Assembly: GCA_047495785.1 (NCBI GenBank)
Contig: JBLDXI010000048.1
Location: 682,001 to 746,000, forward strand
Source: Lepidodermella squamata
Taxonomy: Eukaryota > Animalia > Gastrotricha
DNA: 64,000 nucleotides
Direction of reading: 5' to 3'
This document shows positions 37,501 to 49,114 of this stretch, in pieces (the first letter of the stretch is position 1; the number at the start of each line of letters is the position of its first letter). The translations under genes and the position numbers were made by a program. The notes under the pieces are model-generated. The model ran no database searches. It worked only from the letters and a program-made list of their open reading frames with translations, and was not told the origin of the DNA.

Positions 37501-40500
37501 CCTTCGGTCCCAATGGCCCTGTTATCGAGAGCTGGAAAACCAGCCCCGGCTCAACCTGCTCCGGCCCCGCCGGCCCCGGTCGAACCCCCAAAACCGGTCG
37601 AGGAGAAACCACCTGTTGAATCGAACGAAAAGGCTTGTTCTTTCTGCTCGAAAGTCCTCGGTAATCTCGTGAAAGACTGCCCAGATTGCCAGGAAGTTCT
37701 TTGCAATAACCTGGACTGCCTAGACGGGCATGTCGGTTCGCAGAAATGCGTTGAAAGGGCCGCGCTTTTAGCTGCTGAAATCCTCTCGCCTGAACATTTG
37801 CGCCGGAAGGAGGCTGAGAAATCAGCCGGAGCCTGGCGCGAGGCGTTGGACCAGATCGAGGCGAAGCGATTCGAGAAACTGACCCGTCACACCCCGGTCC
37901 TGGTTTCAGTCGCAAATTTCAAGAATCCAGACGATTTCTGGGTGTTTGAAGTCTCGCCACTTGACGAAAAGCTGTATCGAGCTGATTTCCCGAGCCTCGC
38001 GATGAAGGCCGCCGTTATCCCGGAATCGAGCCGCGACATTAAGGCGGGTCTTTTCGCGTATTCGACCACAGTTCTGCGACCGCTCGTTCGCGGAACTCCG
38101 GTAGTTGTCGCCCCGCAACAGCGATCGATTGACGCGATGGTTCTGCGAAATGACGACCCGACTGCCGTTATTTTCGAGGATTTCGTCCGGTGTTTGGTGC
38201 TTTCCGTCAATTACGACACGATGATGGCCCAGGTGTTCTGTCTGGATGGCGCGTTCGAGGCTGAAGTTGCAACCAGTGCTCTTCGATATGCCGATGCGGC
38301 TTTCAACGACCTGCCTATCAGGGTAAACAATTACTCTGTTTTTACCTTGAATTATTCAAAAAAATTGGCTGAAGAGAAAAAATTTGAAAATTGGGAGTAG
38401 TCCCAAATAATGGCGATTTTATAATTTATTTTCTAATAATTAACAGAAATTTCCCGAAAAATAAGTGGGTTTTCTTATTTTTCGTCTCTATTTTCAGAAT
38501 TTCAGTAATATTTGTTAATTAAATTGAATATTCTCTGAATATTGAAAAAATTCGAAAATTAGTTTTTTGATATTTTAATTGAAACCCAATAATAATTTTT
38601 TTACGAATTTTCTCGTCTTTTTCAGGCTATTCATTGCACGATGGCTCCATTTTTGCAACCTCCAGCTGGCGGCTCGTGGCCCAGCTCGCAAGATTTCGCG
38701 AATCTGTCCGGCAAGCAGTACTACGCCCTGTTCTCTGAGTCGAAAAACGGCCGTGTCGAAACGCAACTCGCTGAAACTAATGGCGAGTTCAATTTCGTAG
38801 CCGACAAACTGCTGCGGACCAAGCACGCATCGTCGACCAGTGTCACCAGCGCTGCGACCACCCAGTGCCCGGCTGATTCGAGCCATTCGTTTAACAGCCC
38901 ACTGCAATGGTTGACTCCGAACTCGCAGTTCGAGGCGAATTTTGTGAAGATCGAAAATCTCGAGAATTTCTCGCTGATGCTGCAATCGAAATTCGACGTC
39001 GCCCAATTCACGCAGTTGATGTGCCGTTTCTACGACAATTTCTCCTCGGATCAGTCGTTGCGAGAGCCGAAACCCGGACAGCTAGTGGTTGTCGGCCAGC
39101 GCGGCAATTGGGATCGAGGGGTCTGGCGGGGTGCAAACGAGGTTGGTTTTAAATTTTAAATTTTTAAATTTGCTCGCAAAATTTTGAATATTTTTTGTTT
39201 GTTTGAATATTTGCTAAATATTGGAGAATTTTAAAAAATTCAGAAGTTGCAACACAGAATTTTCTTCTTCTTTGAGTCGGGAAAATGAACGTTTTTTATA
39301 TTTCAGGTTGAGCTTGTCGATTCGGGTCACGTGTTGACTGACACGAAAAATCTCCTCGTCTACCCGCTGCACTACCAATTTTTGGTCGCTCCGGCTATCG
39401 GCGCCGCGAAATGCCGTCTCGCCGAAGGATTCATCAACTCAATTGACTATTTCGACAAAGACGCAATTGCCGCTTTCGGCTCGATCGTCGCTGGGCAGTC
39501 GATCAAACTACGGCTTGTTTCGATTGAAGGCAACGCCACTCTGGTCGTCGCTTTCTGCGACGATAAATACCAGAAGCTGGTTGTTGAGAAGATCAAACGG
39601 CCGCTGGTTACAATCGAGAGCTTCGAGAAGTACATCGCCACCGGCCAGGTGTACACGGCCACCATTCTCGAGACCGGCGAGCGGAAAGGCCAATTCATTG
39701 AGGCCAAGATCATGGTTCACGGTCCCGAGTTTGATAAAGCTCGGGATTCGCTCTCGCAAATCTCGATCGATGAGTCGAAGCGGAAAGCGGTGCCGAGGCC
39801 GGTCGCAAACCAAGTCTGTCTGCGGGTATCGCGCGATGACGAGGGCGAAATGCTGTCGCGAGTCAAAATTCTGGGCAAGAGCGAAAAATCGCCACTGGAA
39901 AAGGTTCGCGTTGAGTCGATGGACACGGCTGAAATCGAGGAGATTCCGATTTCCGAGCTCATTGAAGCGAACCGGGAAATCGCCGAATTGCGCCGTCTAG
40001 CCCTGCGTTGCCGCATCGAGCTGTCGAAATTGTACGACGAGTCAACGGCCGTTTGCCAGTATCACACGCTGGAAATGAAGGCTGACCTGCACGATGGCTG
40101 GGTTTTCACGGTGCAGCGGTTTTTGATGGATCGTAACGTGATTCCGATGCAGCAGCTGCAGGGGGATACGGCGGATGGCGTTGTGTATTGGGAGAAGGAT
40201 CCAAGTTCGTTCTACGTGTTGGTCGAGGCGCACGCTGATATGGAGGATGAGTTGCAAGATTTCGCGGGCAACCAGCCGCCGCGTTACGTTGACGGGTCTT
40301 CTCTCATCAAAAATGAGCTGTGCGTCGCCAAGTTTGGTAAGATTTTTTTACGGATTTTTCTTCGCTTTTTTGTATCAACTATTAACATTTATTCACCGAA
40401 GATAAACAAGGAAAAATTGGCTTATACCAAGGCTAACTTTGCTACCTCCCTGAGTTCCTCCCTAAATTATTTTAGACACTATCCCTGATATTTTTGTTTA

Positions 40501-42874
40501 TAACAAACTCAACTTGCATTGATTGCTGCCATTGCGTGATTTTTTCATCGTTCTTTTATTCTGAAGTTTGAATTATATTCTGAAACGCTAACAATTGCAT
40601 CATGGGTGGCTGTAAGGCCATCTCAATTTTTTTCGAAAATTTGCAAAAATGGTATTTAACCCGTTACCACCCAGACCTACGGTTTCCTGAGGCCTACGGT
40701 CAAGAAACGGTCTTATAGATAAAGTTTAGGCGCTAATTAGAATTTAAAAAAACTCAAAAATTGTGTTGCACCGCGTTGCACCATGGCGACACGAGCCGGC
40801 TGTGGAATCGTGGCCATACGAGACAAAGACGAGGACCAACGCTTCGCACTTTCCGTCGTCTCGGCAGTTTCGAAGTTCGTAGCCATAGTGACGCAGTTGT
40901 TGTCCTTCCATCGAACCAGCAAAACTTCTCCGTCGCTCATGAACTCGAAATGCCCACGAAGCTTCTTTTTCATTTGCTTCTCATCAGATCACCACCGGCC
41001 ATATCAGCATCGGAGTAACCACAAAGAGAGCGGTCGTCGCGGCGGTACAAAATACCGTAATCCTTAGTGCCCTTGAGGTAGCGCAAGACCCGCCTAGTTG
41101 CGGTCAGGTGCACTTCGGTCGCCGCGGTTAGATGGCGGGATAAGAGCGATACGGCGCACGAGATGTCCGGCCGCGTGCCAATAGTGGCGTAATTTAGGCT
41201 GCCGACGACGCTTTGGTAGAGCAGCGGGTCGACTGGTCGGCTAGGACCGACATCGGTAAAGCGCGGACATTCGGGTCTGTCTAAACTTCATCCAGAGATG
41301 CGGTGGGGTTCTTCGTACGTAACTTTAGCCTCCTGGAGGTTGCGGACGATGGTGGAACCGCGAGATATATGAGTCGATGGTCTCGCTTTCACACTTGAGT
41401 GGAGCTGATCTCGCCACATGGAGTTGCCCGCTTGACATGTTGTTCGAGGCGCGAATAGATGATGTGTTGGTCGTCGTCGGAGCCACTCATCATGTGGGTC
41501 AGGGACCTGTCGATATGGTCGGACAAGATGATGCAGGCCTTCCGTTGGCGGGCTTCAAACTCCGTCTCTTATCGTCGATGGTAGCAGCCGGTGCTAGGAC
41601 TTCGGTGCCATCGACTAGTTCATCGGGGGGCGGGCGTGTATTTTTTTCATTTACCGAATATGTTCAGCTCTAATCAAAGATTATGGCCTGGAGAGTTTAT
41701 CTGTGTTTTAAAAAGACCATGTCATTGTTTTCGGGAAAACATCTTTTGGGCGCGCATTCGCAAAGACCAGTGTCTCAGTCGGCGGCCGTACGCAGTATCA
41801 ATGGTTCAGAACTGGAACCCATAACCTGTAAATATTAAGTGCTTCTAGGAAATCGCTGTTTAGCATACTACGAAAGAAATAGCTCAAAACAACGATACAT
41901 ACAATAAATACACCATAGTACCTTAGTGTAGTAACTTAATTGTCGGTAATTCCGGTACTTCTCTCCGGCTGCATCCTGTCAGCGATGGATGTACAATTGA
42001 AGTTATTGCTCTTGACTTCGGCCTCGATTATGCTGAACGCTGCGAGAGACAAACCGCGCTTCGGCTCTTCGACTTGGGGATGACATTCGTGTCGCGCCCC
42101 AGAAACTTCGACAACTGCAGACAGACATGCGCAGGGTACGAGATCCGCATCAGCATCGGACACTTCCCCGCCTCGTTGCCATTGCGACAACCGTTTTTTC
42201 AGTAGTATTCTGATCGCCTACCATACTTCCCGTGGTTGAAGCGGTTTTTTTCCGATATTTTTTTCCGACATTCTCTTTTGAAATCCTGATTTCGAAGGAT
42301 TTAAAACTTGCTAAATAATATGAAATCTTGTTAATTACATTTAGAAATATTCTAAATGAAATCTAAGAGACTCTTGCCAATGGTTGCTTTTTGGATGGTC
42401 AGGGTGATGTCCAAATAACTGAGCTCACCTAATTCACCTAATATCAGAACAATTGAGAGTTTTTATTTGAAATTTGAATTTTTTGTTATTTTAGAGGACG
42501 TCTGGTACCGCGCTGCGATCACCACGCCTGGTGCCAAGCCGAAAGTCCTCTTTGTGGACTACGGAAATGAGTGCGAGATCGACAACCCGACCGACGATCT
42601 GCGCCAATTCGACCCTCGATTCGCAAAATGGGCCCTCCAGGGTGTCTTCTGCCAACTGGCTGGCGTCGCCCCGAAAGGCGGTCAGCTAGGCGCTGAATGG
42701 CCGCAAGAAGCTGCCGAGGCGTTCCGCGAGGCTGTTCACGAACGGGATGTGACCCTCAGTTTGGTGCCGCAGCGGGATGAGAACAACGAAGTCGCGGTAA
42801 AATTGATCCGCAAAGATGACAATGTCGATGTTGCGGACGAACTAGTCTCGCAGGGCCACGCTGTTCGAGTTTGA
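34568..42874 (+). CDS. Multi-Tudor protein (TDRD1-like) with RRM, four CCHC zinc knuckles, RG-rich regions and MYND-like finger
   Basis: Exons 34568-34707, 34940-36423, 37052-38322, 38626-39141, 39307-40336, 42495-42874, phase-consistent. RRM (IIIRNV...AIVDF...AVQTLNG); 4 x CFKCGxxGHxSRxC; CSFC..CPDC..C..C..H..C finger; about four extended Tudor units, the last canonical (FEDVWYRA...VLFVDYGNE). Confidence 0.85.
36018..36152 (+). repeat. Coding minisatellite: 15 consecutive Gly-X-Y triplets (GDR/GPM)
   Basis: 27-bp unit ggtgatcggggtgaccggggcccaatg repeated in tandem within a run of 9-bp sub-units. Confidence 0.9.
40660..40985 (-). mobile_element. piggyBac transposon fragment
   Basis: MKKKLRGHFEFMSDGEVLLVRWKDNNCVTMATN...RWS...IPQP matches the PGBD transposase core; ttaa|cccgtt terminus at 40656-40665. 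Confidence 0.8.
40992..41610 (-). mobile_element. Ty1/copia LTR-retrotransposon fragment (gag remnant joined to RT/RNase H)
   Basis: Minus strand reads YQSVVGSLNYATIGTRPDISCAVSLLSR...RRVLRYLKGTKDYGILY...GYSDADMAG; upstream ETIDSYISRF..IVRNLQEA is gag-like. No start codon, so missing from the ORF track. Confidence 0.85.
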
Positions 42875-43778
42875 TGAGCGAGGGAGAGAACTTTTTTGTA
42901 AACCTATATCTCTTTTGTGAAAAAATCTGAGCGTAGAAATCTAGTTTGAAATGTAGTTCTGAATTTACACCGAAAATATTTGCTCAAAACATAGCTGAAA
43001 CTTTCAAAATAAGGAATCTGAAATTACTTGCCACTATTCTTACACAAGCTGGTGAAACTGTTATCGGTGATTTGTTATTGTTTTTTCGTATCATGTTGTG
43101 TTTTTCTAGCCAAGCGATTGGAAATTACAGGGTAACAATCGGCTCAGTCTTACGCGAGGTTTCTTTGAAATCTAGGGGTAGTTGAGCTGATTTCTCGGAA
43201 AATCGCTTGTAAAATATATTGTCAAAATGATATTCCACTTTTGCTCAAATAAAATGAACAAAACTTGTCTTATTATATTTGTTAGTCCTATTGCGGCCAT
43301 AACACAATCACGAGAGAATTCAAAAAAATCAGTCGAAAATAGCGAAAAGTAATTTCTTCAGATTGGATTAAATAATGTTCAAGTTTGTAATGAGTCAATC
43401 AGAATTTTTTTTCGAATTCACAGCATTTCCGTTTCATTATATCTCAAAGCTCCTCAAACACGATTGAAAAGATGAATTGGGCAGGTTTTTTTGAAATTAC
43501 ATGAAAAAGAGCCTTCACTCGCTTATTACCTTCAAGTAGTACCTTCAAGTTTGGTAAGGGAAAATTTGAAAGTTTCGAGAGGAAATGAATTTTTCTGAAT
43601 TTTCTTCAATTTTTCTAATTTTTTTCAATTTTCTTCACGATAAAATCGAATATTCTCAGATGGTTCAATAATTTAGCAAAGACATTTAGATTTTTGAAAT
43701 TTTGCATAATTTGCTGTATATTTCATTTTACAAAATTTAATGTTTTTAGGTGTTAATTTTAATTATTTGAGGCGGAAA

Positions 43779-44510
43779 ATGCCTTTCCCGATGTTAAAAC
43801 TCGGCTACCTGGCCTTCAGGCAGCTATCGAAGCCCATCAACCGCTGGATCCAGCAAAAAGCGAAAGCCAGCCCTTTCGTCCGAAACTACTTCTGCATCCC
43901 ACCCGCTCAACTGTACCACTGGTACGACACTCGCTTCACAAAAAACAGCCTCAACCTGCAAGTCGGAACAATCAAACCTATGAAACCAGAAGAAGCCGTG
44001 CAACTAGGCGCCGAAATTCTCGGCGAAATGTTCATTTTCGCGATTTGCGTGATAGTCGTGAGCTACGAGTACTACCGGTCCTACGCGAAAGAAACAGCCA
44101 GGGAAAAGGCGCTGCAGGACCGGTTCACCCGGCTTGAAATAAAAAATCGAGAACTCGACATTGAAGTCGATCAAATGGACGCGAGACTGCGCCATGTCGA
44201 GCGGCTAGGCCTCGGATCTGAGGGCGGCACGCTGATATCGCAAATCGCGACTAAATTGAATTCGATTGTCCCAATCGGCGGCAAGGACTCGCAGCAGGCG
44301 AAGGAGGGCGAACGGGGCCCGAGGAGTACGGAAGAACGGCTCGGGCACGTTGAAACCCGCCAAATCGAACTGCTGATCAGTTTGAATGGTCTCGATAAAC
44401 GGCTGTTGGATCTTCAAACTTTGGTCGATGAGCTAACGAAACCGGCGCCGATTTTGAACCCTCTTGGTATCGGAACTGGAAATTCGAATTCGAATAAGGA
44501 AAAGAAATGA
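43779..44510 (+). CDS. OPA3: OPA3-like mitochondrial protein
   Basis: MPFPMLKLGYLAFRQLSKPI...PPAQLYHW...IKPMKPEEAVQLGAEILGEMFIF is the OPA3 signature; single coding exon with a long coiled-coil tail. Confidence 0.92.
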   Translation: MPFPMLKLGYLAFRQLSKPINRWIQQKAKASPFVRNYFCIPPAQLYHWYDTRFTKNSLNLQVGTIKPMKPEEAVQLGAEILGEMFIFAICVIVVSYEYYRSYAKETAREKALQDRFTRLEIKNRELDIEVDQMDARLRHVERLGLGSEGGTLISQIATKLNSIVPIGGKDSQQAKEGERGPRSTEERLGHVETRQIELLISLNGLDKRLLDLQTLVDELTKPAPILNPLGIGTGNSNSNKEKK

Positions 44511-44783
44511 TGATCAATTTGTTTGCCTGACTTTTAATTCTATGTTCTAGACCACGATATTTCAGTCAATTATACCGAGATATTTTTTTGTCGTTTGTTT
44601 TTTCCGCATTTTCTTCCTCACTTGAATTGTGACACGAATTATGACGATCATCGTGAATGTTATTATGCTATTATTAGCCTCGGAAAAATGAAGCCAATTT
44701 TTTTATTCTAGAATTTGACTTATTTTTCTGATTTTTTTCTAGAATTTTACTGGTCGTACTTCTGTTGTGATTTTGGTTTTGAA

Positions 44784-47700
44784 ATGGCTGAGGAGCTGCA
44801 TAGCATCGAGTCAGTTTTGGACAAATACATTCCCGAGGCTGAACTGGCACAAGTCAAGCGGGTTTTATACGGAGCCCCCTTGAAGTAAGACTATTTTCAC
44901 TTCAAATCTCGATTTTTGCAAAATTCGACGTAAATCATTCAATCATTTTAATTTTTTAACACTTATATTTTTTGCCTTTGATTGTTTTCGAACATTCTTC
45001 AGCCATTACACTGACTGGAAAAAAATTAACTGATTTGAATTTTTTCCATGATTTTTCTCATGATTTTTGTGAATTTCTTAGGGACTTGGAAATTCCGGAC
45101 GAAGCACGTAAATTGGCGGAAAATGGCGATTTCGAGCTTAAAGGCTACGTCATCAACGCTGCTGCCGAGCAAATGCGCCAACCGCGCCTAGTCAGAATTG
45201 CGGCCATTCAAAACAAAATTGAGTTGAAAAATCTAAAATTGCTTAAAAGCGGTGAAAAGTAGAAATTTTTTGTGAATTTTTACTCTAATTTGAATAATTA
45301 TCCAAATATTTGAGAAATTGAATTGATCAATGATTTTATTCGATTATCGGCTTCGATTTTTTATTTTTCAATTTCTTTGAATTTAATCTTAATTTTTCAT
45401 TATTTTCTTATTTTTTTAGTTGTCTTGCCTACTACTGCTCCGATCGCTCAGCAGCGAGTCGCCCTACACACGCGTATTGGCCAGATGTTGGAAGCAGCCC
45501 ACAAAGCCGGCGTTAACGTCGCGTGCCTGCAAGAGACGTGGCACATGCCGTTCGGTTTCTGCACCCGCGAAAAGCTGCCATGGGCCGAATTCGCTGAAAA
45601 TGCCGAAACTGGGCCATCGACTACGTTTCTGCGGGAATGCGCTCGTCGCTTCAACATGGTGATCATCAATCCGATTTTGGAGCGGGACGAAACTAGGGGC
45701 GGCGTTATCTGGAACACGGCTGTTGTTATCAACAGCGATGGCGCGATTCTAGGCAAAACTCGCAAGAATCACATTCCGAGAGTTGGCGATTTCAACGAGT
45801 CCACTTATTACCTGGAAGGAAATTTGGGTAAGATTTCGTGTCGACATTTTGTGCCTTAAGCTACCAAGAGGAATTGAAATTTTGCAGTTTTTTTCGCAGT
45901 TTTTGTCGGGCAAACAAAAACACGAAATTTAATTTTATTTCATATAGTTAAATTTTTTTATTCATTCAAATTCATTTAAATATGAACATTTTTACTTGTA
46001 GGTCACCCTGTTTTCGACACGGCTTACGGTCGCATCGGCATTGTCATATGCTACGGCCGGCATCACACCCTCGAGTGGATGGCCAATTCGTTGAACACCG
46101 CTGAAATCGTGTTCAACCCAAGTGCGACGGTTGGCGGCCTCAGCGAGCCGTTGTGGCCGATCGAAGCGCGATGCAACGCTATTGCCGGCTGTTTCTACTC
46201 GGTCGCGATCAACCGAGTCGGCACTGAGACATTCCCGAACGAGTTCACGAGCGGCGATGGCCGGGCTGCGCATCACGATTTCGGCCATTTCTACGGCTCG
46301 AGCTACGTTGCAGCCCCAGATGGTGAGCTTATTTGTCTTGTAAAAAAGGAATCGAATCGTTGATTTCGCTGATTTTTTCAAAAAAGATCTTAAAAATCAA
46401 CGAATAAGGCTCTTTGAAAATTGAATAGACTGAAATTGACTCGCTAAATCGAACCAATTTCATCAGAATTCGAGGCTTTTTGCCTGAGTGAAGTCGGTGA
46501 GTGATAATCAAAATGAATGGGGACTATTATCCTTAGTTTTCCGTGGTCGTAGTAATAATAATTTTTCTACGGTTGCCAGCAATTTTGAATCGCCGCTATT
46601 TAAACCGAACTCAATCTGAATTTGTTATCGATGCGACGAGGGCGAGTTAACTTTGGCTTAATTTTATGAAATCATCGTCTGCGTGAAGCTCTTCTGGATC
46701 GGGTTCGATTATTGCTGAGACAGTATTCTAGAATATACTCAATGGTATAGGATGGATAACAACAAGGCGTGGTTCTTCCAATAGCTAGTTTATTGCGAAT
46801 CCAATCCACCCTACTGACGCCTGGTCAGGGTTATTAAAGGCCCACTGGGCGCGTGTCGCCGGGCGCAGCGGGCGCCACCCCAGTGTGACTCAGGACGCAC
46901 GCGTTCACATGGCGACGGCCGAGGGCAAAGGTTATTCACCCTTACAATTGCGTCTTCGGGTGCCCCAGGGTGTCGCGTTTTCAGCCGCAGGTCAAGAGGA
47001 TTCTGCAGGAATAAAATTGTTAATATAGCCCAGGAGAGACAAAAAATACGAAGAAAATGACGAAGATGACGGCAAGCTGGGCCAGCTTCAGGCGTTACAC
47101 TCTTTAAAATGTTTGTCTATTACATAATTGTGACCATCATAAGCGCCCCAAGCTTGGCGCCGGCGAAGGTCAGCGCCAGCACCGCCAGCCCAGCAGCAAC
47201 AACCTTGAGCCAAGACGGAATCTTCCCACTCTCCCTTTCGGCACCAGTAACCTTCGAATCCGCAGAATCAGTCATGATAACAAATGCCGTTAAATCTAGA
47301 TCGAAAAGGGAGATAATACAATGCACGTCCACGTTAGCTCAAAAGGTGCTTCGTCAATGTGCGGTGAAGCAGCTGGAGTCACTGGTCCGTGGCGAAAAGG
47401 CAACTTTAGAGTTGGTCGAGATCAGTATCCATTCAGTATCAATAAATTGATAAATCCATCGGATTCATATCGATTATTATTCATTTGAAAACATGCAGTT
47501 ATCAACACAATTTGAGAGCAGGAAGTAGTAAAAGCATTGAGTTATTGGTTCCAGAAAAATTCTGGAGAAATGGTCACGACTAATAATGTCTTCTTGGAAA
47601 GATGCCGGCAAAGTTGTCAGGGAATTGTAGTGCTCGTAGGAGTGAGATAGCCTTGGGCGTCGATGAGACGAACGCCAACAAGATACAGGAAATGATCAAA

Positions 47701-48517
47701 GAATGAAAATCGCAACAAAAGGAGAGGCGACTCACGTCGAATGATCGAACGCCGTGTTTTTCGAGCCGAAAATCGGACACCGATTAATAATTATTGCTTG
47801 CTGATGGCTTTTTCAACCTTTTTCAAGCACAAATAACCGAAATTGTTTGCTATTGTTGTTGAACCGCCGTAAATACGAGTTATTTTCGATTAGCTGTTGA
47901 TTGCGGTAGCCTGTAGTGATTCTAGTGGGTCTACTCTGGTTTTTTTCATTATTGAGTTGGAGGCATTGCAAGCTTGTTAAGCATGAAAGAGATGAACGAC
48001 TGGCGGCTGAGCGTCCACCGCTACATGATGAAGGGACGGCTGAACTTGAATAGAAACTGATGCTGTAGACAATAAATCGGTTGACATGATGAGTCGCGGT
48101 ACTCGGGTACTAGGGGAACAGATATAACCGAAATCTGGTTTTCCTTGGGCCGATTACCAAATTATCAAGTGCCTAAGATTTCTTTATTTCAAATCGTTTT
48201 CTTGGAAATTTGATCGAAAATTTTAACGGAAAAAATGAATTTTAGGTCGCCGCACGCCTGGTCTTTCGAGAACGCGAGATGGCGTTCTCATCACCGAGGT
48301 TGACCTGAATTTGGTGCGTCAAACCGCCGACAAGTGGATGTTCCGATCGACGATGCGCTTGCCAATGTACGCCGAGCTGTTCAAAGCGGCGGCTCACCCG
48401 GAATACGAGCCGCAAATCATCCGCGCGGACCAAGTTGGCAAGCGCCAGAAAGTGCCTGGCTATGCAGCTGATCCTACCCTGGCCATCAATGGCAATGGCC
48501 ATCACCACCATCATTGA
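44784..48517 (+). CDS. UPB1: Beta-ureidopropionase (nitrilase superfamily)
   Basis: Exons 44784-44884, 45082-45218 (or -45251), 45420-45827, 46002-46322, 48246-48517; [34 protein letters not shown] and ICYGRHH supply the E-K-C triad. Confidence 0.95.
46716..46946. mobile_element. Short solo LTR (231 bp) with 5-bp TSD ATTGC
   Basis: attgc|TGAGAC...CTTACA|attgc; homologous to both ends of 50837-51474. Confidence 0.85.
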
Positions 48518-49114
48518 AAATTATATAACGAATTTTGACCAATTTCACCCTGTAATTTTTCGGTGCTTTTCGAAATTATTGATGCTAAAAATTCGATTTT
48601 TTTCGATTAATGAGTCATGTTGTGCAATTTTTGCTCGATTTCTCGAATTTTGGATAATTAACCAGAAAAAATCCCCGCGACCTTATTGATGAAACCCGAT
48701 ATATACTGACCTAACCGAGGATTGATTTTTGGTGCTCGAATCTTCAGATTTTTCTAGTGACCACTATTTCTTACCTGTAAACTGCGATAATTTATGAATG
48801 ATCAACGACCAATAAAAAGATTATTTACGAATATTTCTCAATTTTATTCAAATATGGAGTCGAGCAAAATTAAAAATTAAAAATTCAGGAAAAAGCCACT
48901 CTACTTATTCGACAAGTTTTTTTAATTTGTACTAAAAATCGTCTTAATTTTGCTACTTATGGTCATTAAATTTGTGTAACAATTTAAATTTTGTTTCGTT
49001 TTATTTTCTGAAGCCGTCTATTGAATTTTTTGTTTTTTTGGGCGAGTCGTGGTTTTTTCCAGCAAATTCATTAACATTAATTTTTTACTTTCTTAGTTAT
49101 TTTGTTATTTTACA

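Noticed and set aside
48499-48517. His5 C-terminus of UPB1 as a cloning tag
   Set aside because: Mixed codons, intron-containing genomic context and no vector sequence; a natural tail.
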